Shown in pieces: positions 1-6,835 of a DNA stretch of 8,052 nt; the first letter of the stretch is position 1; each line of letters starts with the position of its first letter. This stretch comes from a virus. Its lineage: Duplodnaviria; Heunggongvirae; Uroviricota; Caudoviricetes. Position numbers and translations under genes: made by a program. Where the stretch lies: IMG/VR virus record IMGVR_UViG_2713896909_000008; one strand, given 5' to 3'. Under the pieces are notes generated by a model that had not been told where the DNA came from, made no database searches, and saw only the letters and a list, made by a program, of their open reading frames with translations.

Positions 1-399
1 TGCCAAAAGCAGACCGGACTCCACCACATCGCCATATTCTTTGTTTAACCCGGCGATCATGTACGTAATGCTTTTTCCGTCAGTAATTTCACAATACAAC
101 CTGAAATCGCTGATCCGGATAGCCTCCATAATTGCCGGAATCAGCGCCGTGAATTTTTCCCGCTTATCCCTGGTGTCGATAGCTTTCCAGCGTTCGAATA
201 TCTTCACCCGGTTAACGCCCAACGCCCGTTGATCAACCTCGCCATCATTAAACGTGACGCGTTGAACATCGATGTTCGGGCGTTCTTTCAGAGCCCAGAA
301 TGCTTCCGTGATTAATATCGTCGCCTGCTCCTGTGTCATTCCTGGTCGGCATACCCAGGCATCCAGAGCCTCACAAACCTGTTCAGGGGTGATTTTCAT
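1..399 (-). CDS. YdaT-like prophage regulator (cII-position gene), partial; C-terminus lies beyond the window start
   Basis: Own minus-strand translation from ATG at 399-397 is open for 133 codons to position 1 (MKITPEQVCEALDAWV...FERWKAIDTRDKREKFTALIPAIMEAI...). The track omits it because it runs off the window. From memory it resembles Rac YdaT (..YHRWLKGETKTQREKIQKLIPAILAIL..). Start overlaps the cro 3' end by 17 nt. Confidence 0.6.
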   Translation of the reverse strand, partial: MKITPEQVCEALDAWVCRPGMTQEQATILITEAFWALKERPNIDVQRVTFNDGEVDQRALGVNRVKIFERWKAIDTRDKREKFTALIPAIMEAIRISDFRLYCEITDGKSITYMIAGLNKEYGDVVESGLLLA

Positions 400-613
400 T
401 GTTCAACCGCCCCGCCCGCTTTGCCTTACGATATTCGTCATAAACTTTGGGGTCGTACTGAAGTTCCCCGCCGGATGCATCTTGCAGGCGCATCGCGCGA
501 CCTTCAGGTACTAGCTCCCCTTTCCAGCTATAAAGCGAAGCCAAACGAATACCAGCAGCTTGTGCAAGTTTTGTTTTTGAACCGAAATACAAAAGTGCGT
601 CAGTTTTAAGCAT
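383..613 (-). CDS. Cro-like HTH DNA-binding protein (P22 Cro / YdaS type)
   Basis: 76-aa ORF, MLKTDALLYFGSKTKLAQAAGIRLASLYSWKGELVPEG..., resembles P22 Cro as remembered (MYKKDVIDHFGTQRAVAKALGISDAAVSQWKEVIPEKDAYRL). AAGGTG Shine-Dalgarno 7 nt upstream of ATG. Divergent from the cI-like gene. Confidence 0.75.
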   Translation of the reverse strand: MLKTDALLYFGSKTKLAQAAGIRLASLYSWKGELVPEGRAMRLQDASGGELQYDPKVYDEYRKAKRAGRLNNENHP

Positions 614-696
614 TTAAAGCACCTTAATTGTTAGCCATAACTAACAAAATAGATGTTAACAAAAACATAGTCAATAAGATTTAGCATTAGCTAACT
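614..696. promoter_or_regulatory. OR-like divergent promoter/operator region between cro and cI
   Basis: Two copies of a TTAGC-N4-(G/A)CTAA inverted-repeat motif at 631-644 (TTAGCCATAACTAA) and 681-694 (TTAGCATTAGCTAA). Minus-strand promoter candidate: -35 TTGACT (plus 669-674), 17-bp spacer, -10 TATTTT (plus 646-651). The cI ATG at 697 abuts the second operator with no Shine-Dalgarno. Confidence 0.55.
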
Positions 697-1104
697 ATGG
701 ATACAAAAAATCTAACCATTGGCGAACGCATTAGATATCGCCGAAAAAACCTCAAATACACCCAAAGGTCTCTTGCTAAAGCCCTGAAAATTTCTCATGT
801 ATCGGTTTCACAATGGGAACGGGATGATAGCGAACCTACAGGAAAGAATCTTTTTGCCCTCAGCAAAGTACTGCAGTGCTCGCCAACATGGATTCTATTT
901 GGCGATGAAGACAAGCAGCCATCACCACCTATTGAGGAGCCAGTTGCTCTATCCCCCAAAGAACATGAGCTCCTTGAGCTTTTTAATGCATTGCCTGAAT
1001 CAGAACAGGATGCTCAGCTCACCGAGATGCGCGCCCGAGTAAAAAATTTCAACAAACTCTTTGAAGAGTTATTAAAAGCCCGTCAACGAACAAACAAAAG
1101 ATAA
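697..1104 (+). CDS. cI-like immunity repressor, XRE-family HTH, no peptidase domain
   Basis: 135-aa ORF with N-terminal HTH (IGERIRYRRKNLKYTQRSLAKALKISHVSVSQWERD). Too short for a LexA-like S24 domain. Divergent from cro and flanked by operator-like repeats on both sides. Confidence 0.8.
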   Translation: MDTKNLTIGERIRYRRKNLKYTQRSLAKALKISHVSVSQWERDDSEPTGKNLFALSKVLQCSPTWILFGDEDKQPSPPIEEPVALSPKEHELLELFNALPESEQDAQLTEMRARVKNFNKLFEELLKARQRTNKR

Positions 1105-1127
1105 CGCAATCAATGCGTTATCTTTTT
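1099..1127 (+). terminator. Intrinsic terminator hairpin at the end of the cI-like gene
   Basis: Perfect 10-bp stem AGATAACGCA (1099-1108) / TGCGTTATCT (1114-1123), 5-nt loop, followed by TTTT (1124-1127). Stem overlaps the cI stop codon. T-rich on the other strand too, so possibly bidirectional. Confidence 0.6.
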
Positions 1128-1141
1128 GGCCGCCCAGAATG

Positions 1142-1194
1142 TTAGCCATGACAAACAAAAATGCTTGACCAAATTGTTAGCCATGGCTAATATT
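1142..1194 (+). promoter_or_regulatory. pL-like early-left promoter with two operator sites
   Basis: -35 TTGACC (1165-1170), 18-bp spacer, -10 TAATAT (1189-1194). Operator motif TTAGCCATGACAAA at 1142-1155 and the perfect palindrome TTAGCCATGGCTAA at 1177-1190, which overlaps the -10. Same half-sites as the cro/cI intergenic region. Confidence 0.55.
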
Positions 1195-1270
1195 GCTTGC
1201 ATCAAGACACCGCACGGTGTTCTCAGCAAACAGTTCCGCTACCCCGGCGTTAAGGGGAAATGAGGTCAGC

Positions 1271-1423
1271 ATGGATACTATCGATCTTGGCAACAACGAA
1301 TCTCTGGTGTACGACGTGTTTCCCAACCAGGACGGCACGTTCACCGCGATGACGTATACCAAAAGTAAAACGTTTAAAACCGAAGCTGGCGCGCATCGCT
1401 GGTTAGCAAGAAACTCTGACTGA
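1271..1423 (+). CDS. Small 50-aa prophage protein, first gene of the pL operon (possibly YdaF/DUF1391-like)
   Basis: ATG at 1271 preceded by GAGG (1262-1265). MDTIDLGNNESLVYDVFPNQDGTFTAMTYTKSKTFKTEAGAHRWLARNSD. The track's upstream start at 1193 would sit inside the promoter -10. Family assignment is from memory only. Confidence 0.55.
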   Translation: MDTIDLGNNESLVYDVFPNQDGTFTAMTYTKSKTFKTEAGAHRWLARNSD

Positions 1424-1434
1424 TGAGGTTGACG

Positions 1435-2073
1435 ATGGAATTTAAAGATTTACCTACTTCAATCCAGGAGATTGCAGCACATACACTTCGTCATCGTCTG
1501 AACGAACTTGCATTGGAATCGGTAACGAAAAAAGACACTGATAATATAGCTCGTAATGTGCGCGATGCGTTTACCGGATTGTATTTCTGTGCGTCTATAA
1601 ATAAACACGACTCAGAGAGTGTGGCAAATAAAATTGCAGAAACGACAGCGCAAAACATCAATACGAAACCAACGGAAGAAGAAATTGATCAGTTTGCTCA
1701 TGATGCTGGTTTAAAAAACAAGAAAGAAAAATCGCCATATGCGGGGAACATGTTTGTTTATGACAATCTCATCAGAATTCGTGGCAAAATTCCGGCGGAA
1801 TACCTGGCAAGAGTCCATCAGGCATTGCTTAAAAATCTGGAAACAGAATTATTTGATGGCAACACTAACGGTTTCTTCATGGTATCAGGCCTTGAGAAAG
1901 ACTGGGATGCAGAAAAACGCTGGAATGTTGCTACATGGTTATTCAGTAACAGAGCCGCTGCCCTGGAAGCTTCGGCATGTATTTGCGGCCTGTTCTTAAC
2001 AGACCACAAATATAATCTGGATGTGTACAGTTATATTTACGCTGAACACGGTCCGCTCTGGATTGACTGGTAA
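1435..2073 (+). CDS. Hypothetical protein, 212 aa, AT-rich cargo gene in the sieB/exclusion position
   Basis: Long ORF. Preferred start is ATG 1435 with GAGG (1425-1428) 6 nt upstream; the alternative ATG 1423 overlaps the upstream stop (TGATG) but has no Shine-Dalgarno. No motif I recognise. Visibly more AT-rich than its neighbours. Confidence 0.65.
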   Translation: MEFKDLPTSIQEIAAHTLRHRLNELALESVTKKDTDNIARNVRDAFTGLYFCASINKHDSESVANKIAETTAQNINTKPTEEEIDQFAHDAGLKNKKEKSPYAGNMFVYDNLIRIRGKIPAEYLARVHQALLKNLETELFDGNTNGFFMVSGLEKDWDAEKRWNVATWLFSNRAAALEASACICGLFLTDHKYNLDVYSYIYAEHGPLWIDW

Positions 2074-2283
2074 TTATAAGGAAACACCAGCAGGGCCGCG
2101 GCGACCAACAGAACGATTAAAATCAATAATGCCATTATAAAGGACATTATTTAATTTATCGTCGAATGCTGATTCTGTGAGCCTCAACTCTGAATGAGTT
2201 TTTAATAACCCTGATTGCCTGAGTTGATTTACAAGGCATTCAATCTGTTTTTCAATAAGCGGATTTCTTTTTTTGTTTGGCAT
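2074..2283 (-). CDS. Hypothetical 69-aa protein, convergent with and abutting the 212-aa gene
   Basis: Minus-strand ATG at 2283 preceded by GGAGG (plus 2289-2293) with a 5-nt spacer. MPNKKRNPLIEKQIECLVNQLRQSGLL.... Its stop codon lies immediately next to the stop of the 212-aa gene (TAATTA). Track start at 2295 is a less likely upstream ATG. Confidence 0.45.
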   Translation of the reverse strand: MPNKKRNPLIEKQIECLVNQLRQSGLLKTHSELRLTESAFDDKLNNVLYNGIIDFNRSVGRRGPAGVSL

Positions 2284-2851
2284 TTTATCCTCCATTGAGG
2301 TTCTGGGTTAAAAATGGAGACCAACACGCTGTCACGTGTGGTCGTGCGCCGGACACGGATAAGAATCCGGTACTGACAGTTTACTGAAAGGATATATCCC
2401 TGAAAAGCCAGGGCATAACGCGAAAGCACACGGCGAAATTGGTCTCTCTGTACGGTGTCGTTAAATTTAATTCGACCGTGCGCTTCCGGTTGTGGCACTC
2501 CGCGAAATGGCGCGGCGGTAAGTATGGCGGGGTTATTCCTTCCCCGTTGAGGACACCGGGTTGTCAGGTTGACCATACGCTTAAGTGACAACCCCGCTAC
2601 AACGCCCTCTGTTATCAATTTTCTGGTGGCGTTTGGCGGTATCAGTTTTACTCCGTGACTGCTCTGCCGCCCTTTTTAAAGTGAATTTTGTGATGCGGTG
2701 AATGCGGCTAAGCGCACGTGGAACAGTTAAAACCAAAAACAGTGTTATGGGTGGATTCTCTGTATCCGGCGTTAATTGTTAACTGGTTAACGTCACCTGG
2801 AGGCACCAGGCACCGCATCAACAAAGTTCATTTGTAAAAATGGAGATAATT

Positions 2852-2986
2852 ATGATTGCTCATCACTTCGGAACTGATGAAATTCCTCGTCAGTGCGTGA
2901 CTCCCGGTGATTATGTTATTCATAAAGGAAGAACATATATTGCTTCGGTAAACAACATTAAAAAAACAACGGCTCTATATTCGTGA
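2852..2986 (+). CDS. Small 44-aa ORF of unknown function (kil-position small protein?)
   Basis: ATG at 2852 preceded by GGAG (2842-2845). [44 protein letters not shown]. Below the track's length cutoff; found by reading the sequence. No family recognised. Confidence 0.3.
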   Translation: MIAHHFGTDEIPRQCVTPGDYVIHKGRTYIASVNNIKKTTALYS

Positions 2987-3197
2987 TTTTTCCACACAAC
3001 ACTGTATTAAGGAAACCATGATTAAAGTCTTCCTTGGTCGTGATGGTTTACCTGTAAAAGCAGAGTCATGGTGAGCAGTAATAAAATAACTGCCACAATA
3101 CGACATTCAGCTTAATGAATACATCAGATTTGATTCTTATATGCCAGCAATGGCAGGGATTTGTTCATCCTTAAATCTGTCATGAGGTTAAAACAAA

Positions 3198-3900
3198 ATG
3201 AGTAAAGTCTTTATTTGCGCCGCCATTCCGGACGAACAGGCAATAAAGGAAGAAGGTGCAATTGCTGTAGCCACTGCCATTGAAGCCGGTGACGAACGCC
3301 GCGCCCGTGCCAAATTTACCTGGCAATTCCTGGAGCAATATCCGGCTGCTCAGGACTGCGCTTATAAATTTCTTGTCTGCGAGGATAAACCCGGCATGCC
3401 CCGCCCTGCTATCGACTCCTGGGATACCGAATATATGCAGGAAAACCGCTGGGATGAGGAATCCGCTTCCTTTATTCCGGTCGAACCAGAATCCGATCCG
3501 ATGAACGTCAATTTTGACAAGCTGTCCCTTGAAGTACAGAACGCGGTCCTGGTTAAGTTCGGTACATGTGAAAACATCACCGTTGATATGGTGATTAGTG
3601 CTCAGGAATTACTGCAGGAGGACATGGCAACATTCGACGGGCATATCGTTGAGGCATTGATGAAAATGCCTGAAGTTAACGTCATGTATTCAGAGCTTAA
3701 GCTGCTCGCCATCGGGTGGGTTAAACATAAATGTAAGCCGGGTGCAAAATGGCCTGAGATCCAGACAGAATTACGCACCTGGAAAAAACGTCGCGAAGCC
3801 GAACGCAAAGAAACCGGGAAATACACGTCTGTTGTTGATCTTGCCCGCGCCAGAGTCAACCGGCAGAACACTGAAAACTCAGTAGCGACCCCCCCCCCCC
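3198..3900 (+). CDS. RecE N-terminal-like protein, 5' portion, running into the assembly gap
   Basis: ORF from ATG 3198 is open up to the poly-C/N gap. Contains ..ARAKFTWQFLEQY.., which from memory resembles the RecE N-terminus (..EIDFTWSERYQL..). Frame relation across the gap cannot be known. Confidence 0.55.
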
Positions 3901-3961
3901 NNNNNNNNNNNNNNNNNNNNNNNNNNNNNNNNNNNNNNNNNNNNNNNNNNNNNNNNNNNNN
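3889..3961. other. Assembly gap: 12-nt poly-C run followed by 61 N
   Basis: Directly visible: C x12 at 3889-3900, then N x61 at 3901-3961, interrupting an open reading frame on both sides. Confidence 0.95.
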
Positions 3962-5548
3962 CGCAAACAGCCTGATGCCCTTCGCTACGACCGCCAGACT
4001 ATTTTTGGCCTTGTCCGTGAACGTCCGATCGACATTCACAAAGCCCCTGTGGCACTGAACAAATACATTACTGAATACCTGACTACAAAGGGCGTGTTTG
4101 AAGATGAAGGAACAAATCAGAGCGCAACTGATACTCTCTCGTCGCCAGTACCAGAAACTGATGCAGTGGAAACGGCAATTCCGGACAACGAAAAAACCGA
4201 ATGCAAAGTGGAAGTCGAACCATCTGTAGAGCGTGAAGGGCCGTTCTACTTCCTCTTCACCGACAAGGATGGCGAAAAATATGGTCGCGCAAACAAACTT
4301 TCTGGTCTGAATAAGGCGCTGACTGCAGGGGCTACTGAAATCACGAAAGAAGAATATTTTGCCCGCAAAAACGGTACATACTCAGGTTCACAACAAAATA
4401 CTGGTGCATCTGACACGACCGCACAACCAGAGCCGGTAAAAGTTACCGCTGAAGAAGTAAACAAAATTATGCAGGCAGCCAATATCAGCCAGCCTGACGC
4501 CGATAAGTTGCTTGCTGCCTCTCGCGGAGAATTTGTTGCAGGGATTAGCGACCCGAATGATCCGAAATGGGTGAAGGGGATTGAAACCCGCGACTCTGTA
4601 AACCAGAACCAGCAAGAATCGGAACAGAACGACCAGAAAACGGAACAAAACAGCCCAAATGCGCAACAAAACGAGCCAGAAACGAAACAGGTTGAACCAG
4701 TAGCGCAACAGGAGCCGGAAAAAGCCTGCACCGCCTGCGGTCAGACCGGCGGCGGTAGCTGCCCTGATTGTGGTGCGGTGATGGGCGACGCAACATACCA
4801 GGAAATATTCGATGAAGAGAATCAGCCTGAAGTTCAGGAAAATGATCCGGAGGAAATGGAAGGCACTGCGCATCAGCACAAGGAGAACTCTGGCGGCAAT
4901 CAGCATCATGCCAGCGATAGTGAAACTGGCGAGGCGTCAGATCCCTTAATTAAGGTGAACGGTCACCATAATCTCACATCCACCAGCAGAGCGGGGATTC
5001 ATCTGATGATCGACCTTGAAACCATGGGAAAAAATCCTGATGCCCCGATTATCTCAATAGGTGCAATATTTTTCGATCCGCAAACCGGAGATATGGGACC
5101 GGAATTTAGTAAGACTGTCGATCTGGAAACTGCTGGCGGAGTCATTGATCGGGACACCATTAAATGGTGGCTTAAGCAATCACGCGAAGCGCAATCTGCC
5201 ATTATGACCGATGAAATCCCGTTAGATGATGCACTGTTACAATTGCGGGAATTTATCGACGAAAACTCCGGTGAATTTTTTGTTCAGGTCTGGGGAAATG
5301 GAGCAAACTTCGACAACACGATTTTGCGCCGTTCATACGAACGGCAGGGGATCCCCTGCCCGTGGCGTTACTACAACGATCGCGATATACGCACAATCGT
5401 TGAGCTGGGGAAAGCCATAGACTTCGATGCCAGAACTGCTATCCCATTCGAAGGTGAGCGCCATAATGCACTTGATGACGCTCGTTACCAGGCAAAATAC
5501 GTTTCAGCTATCTGGCAAAAACTGATCCCGAGTCAGGCTGATTTTTAA
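3962..5548 (+). CDS. 3' portion of the large gene: acidic Q/E-rich linker, CxxC-x7-CxxC zinc ribbon, C-terminal DnaQ-like DEDDh 3'-5' exonuclease domain
   Basis: Frame is open from the first base after the gap (RKQPDALRYDRQ...) through the track ORF 4049..5548. Zinc ribbon CTACGQTGGGSCPDC at 4727-4771. Exo I MIDLETMG (from 5005), Exo II WGNGANFDNTIL, Exo III HNALDDARY. An internal ATG at 5005 with a GGGGA Shine-Dalgarno could also express the domain alone. Confidence 0.7.
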   Translation, partial: RKQPDALRYDRQTIFGLVRERPIDIHKAPVALNKYITEYLTTKGVFEDEGTNQSATDTLSSPVPETDAVETAIPDNEKTECKVEVEPSVEREGPFYFLFTDKDGEKYGRANKLSGLNKALTAGATEITKEEYFARKNGTYSGSQQNTGASDTTAQPEPVKVTAEEVNKIMQAANISQPDADKLLAASRGEFVAGISDPNDPKWVKGIETRDSVNQNQQESEQNDQKTEQNSPNAQQNEPETKQVEPVAQQEPEKACTACGQTGGGSCPDCGAVMGDATYQEIFDEENQPEVQENDPEEMEGTAHQHKENSGGNQHHASDSETGEASDPLIKVNGHHNLTSTSRAGIHLMIDLETMGKNPDAPIISIGAIFFDPQTGDMGPEFSKTVDLETAGGVIDRDTIKWWLKQSREAQSAIMTDEIPLDDALLQLREFIDENSGEFFVQVWGNGANFDNTILRRSYERQGIPCPWRYYNDRDIRTIVELGKAIDFDARTAIPFEGERHNALDDARYQAKYVSAIWQKLIPSQADF

Positions 5549-5563
5549 TGTTCAACCCTAATT

Positions 5564-5589
5564 GCCGCTAACCGTATATAGTTAGCGGC
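5564..5589 (+). other. Perfect 9-bp inverted repeat (stem-loop) between the exonuclease gene and the xis-like gene
   Basis: GCCGCTAAC (5564-5572), loop CGTATATA, GTTAGCGGC (5581-5589). No U-rich tail on either strand, so not a classical intrinsic terminator. Confidence 0.4.
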
Positions 5590-5600
5590 GGTTATGAGAT

Positions 5601-5810
5601 ATGGCTATGAGCAGCTTATTTTTAACCGAAGATGAATTGCTAATATTAACGGGCTGCAAATATGCAAGCCACCAGCGAAAATGGTTAATGGAAAACGGGC
5701 TTCCGTTCTATACCAATCGTAGTGGCAAACCGATTGTCAGCCGGGATCTATTTACCTGCAATAAAACTTTACCACCGCGCGAGGTAGAGCCGAATTTTGG
5801 TGCAATCTGA
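5601..5810 (+). CDS. Small DUF4224-like protein in the excisionase position, translationally coupled to the integrase
   Basis: 69-aa ORF immediately upstream of int, with its stop overlapping the int start (TGATG at 5808-5812). Small proteins of this kind typically precede lambdoid integrases. DUF4224 assignment is from memory. Confidence 0.6.
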   Translation: MAMSSLFLTEDELLILTGCKYASHQRKWLMENGLPFYTNRSGKPIVSRDLFTCNKTLPPREVEPNFGAI

Positions 5811-6835
5811 TGGGAAGACGAAGGAAAAATCCTGAACACGAAAAATTACCTCCAAATGTATACCCAAATAAATATAGTTATGTATGGAAACCAACATCCA
5901 GAGAATCTGTCACACTAACCGCCATCAAGGATGGTTTAGCTGCTTTATGGAAAAAGTATGAGGAAACTGTAAATAATCGCGATCGCGCAATGACATTCGG
6001 TCGCTTGTGGGAAAAATTCCTCGCCAACGCCTATTACAGTGACCTCAGTCCAAGAACACAAAAAGATTATCTGCAACATCAAAAAAAGTTGCTTGCCGTA
6101 TTCGGTAAGGTGCCGGCAGATTCCATAAAACCAGAACACATCCGTCGATACATGGACAAGAGAGGGGAACAGAGTAAAACGCAAGCCAACCATGAAAAAA
6201 GCAGTATGTCCCGCGTTTACAGTTGGGGGTATGAGCGAGGGTACGTGAAGGGTAACCCATGTGCAGGTGTAAGTAAATTCAAGGCCAAAAACCGCGAACG
6301 ATATGTAACCGACAAAGAATACCAGGCAGTATTAAGTGTTGCACCTCTTCCTGTTTTTATCGCAATGGAAATTGCCTATCTGTGTGCAGCGAGGGTTTCC
6401 GATGTGTTATCACTGAAATGGGAGCAGATTGGAAGCGACGGGATCTTTATCCAGCAAGGGAAAACAGGGAAAAAACAGATAAAAGCATGGAGTCCACGAT
6501 TACAGGCGGCGATCGAAAAAGCAAAACAGTTACCAACATCTGCCTATGTAATCAGCAATCAATATGGCAACCGATATATGTACAAAGGTTTTAACGAAAT
6601 GTGGGTAGAAGCAAGAAATCACGCAGGCAAAATTTCAGGTATTTTAACCGACTTCACCTTTCATGAGCTGAAGGCGAAAGGAATTTCAGACTATGAAGGA
6701 AGCAGCCGGGATAAGCAACTTTTCTCTGGTCACAAAACCGAAGGGCAAGTGCTAATCTATGACAGAAAGGTTAAAGTTTCACCAACACTTGATGTCCCGT
6801 TATCTGATAATATTCCAAGAAAATATTCCAAGTAA
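5810..6835 (+). CDS. int: Lambda-family tyrosine integrase
   Basis: 341 aa. N-terminus MGRRRKNPEHEKLPPNVYP resembles lambda Int (MGRRRSHERRDLPPNLYIR). Catalytic region has R (AARVSD), H-E-L-K, GHK and the Y of LIYDR with lambda-like spacing. Lies beside a tRNA-derived att core. Confidence 0.9.
   Translation: MGRRRKNPEHEKLPPNVYPNKYSYVWKPTSRESVTLTAIKDGLAALWKKYEETVNNRDRAMTFGRLWEKFLANAYYSDLSPRTQKDYLQHQKKLLAVFGKVPADSIKPEHIRRYMDKRGEQSKTQANHEKSSMSRVYSWGYERGYVKGNPCAGVSKFKAKNRERYVTDKEYQAVLSVAPLPVFIAMEIAYLCAARVSDVLSLKWEQIGSDGIFIQQGKTGKKQIKAWSPRLQAAIEKAKQLPTSAYVISNQYGNRYMYKGFNEMWVEARNHAGKISGILTDFTFHELKAKGISDYEGSSRDKQLFSGHKTEGQVLIYDRKVKVSPTLDVPLSDNIPRKYSK

Noticed and set aside
41-609. Plus-strand track ORFs 41..232, 272..514 and 421..609
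   Set aside because: They lie antisense to the better-supported minus-strand Cro-like and YdaT-like genes, have no ribosome-binding sites, and show no recognisable protein features. Treated as shadow ORFs.
797-1042. 81-aa plus-strand ORF in an alternative frame inside the cI-like gene
   Set aside because: Fully nested in a well-supported HTH repressor gene; sequence is low-complexity.
1177-1362. 61-aa minus-strand ORF over the pL promoter and the 50-aa gene
   Set aside because: Overlaps the promoter/operator region and a gene with a good Shine-Dalgarno on the other strand; no start context.
1739-2009. Track ORFs 1739..1999 (+) and 1818..2009 (-) inside the 212-aa gene
   Set aside because: Alternative-frame and antisense ORFs nested within the longer, better-supported reading frame.
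2229-2618. 129-aa minus-strand ORF
   Set aside because: Arg-rich, low-complexity translation that overlaps the 69-aa gene on the same strand in another frame. More likely noise over the GC-rich noncoding region.
2296-2851. Retron msr/msd, ToxIN-type RNA antitoxin array, or CRISPR array
   Set aside because: No reverse transcriptase or toxin ORF nearby, no tandem ~36-nt repeats and no repeat-spacer periodicity. Only isolated inverted repeats are present.
3280-4039. Track ORFs 3280..3504 (+), 3362..3580 (-) and 3602..4039 (-)
   Set aside because: Alternative-frame and antisense to the large plus-strand gene. The last is stitched across the N gap and is therefore not interpretable.
4246-5420. 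Minus-strand ORFs 4246..4731, 4388..4909, 4545..4796, 4999..5202 and plus ORF 5226..5420
   Set aside because: Antisense or alternative-frame ORFs within the exonuclease gene. Their low-complexity, Phe/Leu/Arg-rich translations mirror the acidic Q/E-rich linker.
5945-6594. ORFs 5945..6193 (-), 6045..6260 (-) and 6382..6594 (+) inside the integrase gene
   Set aside because: Nested in a confidently identified integrase reading frame; no independent support.
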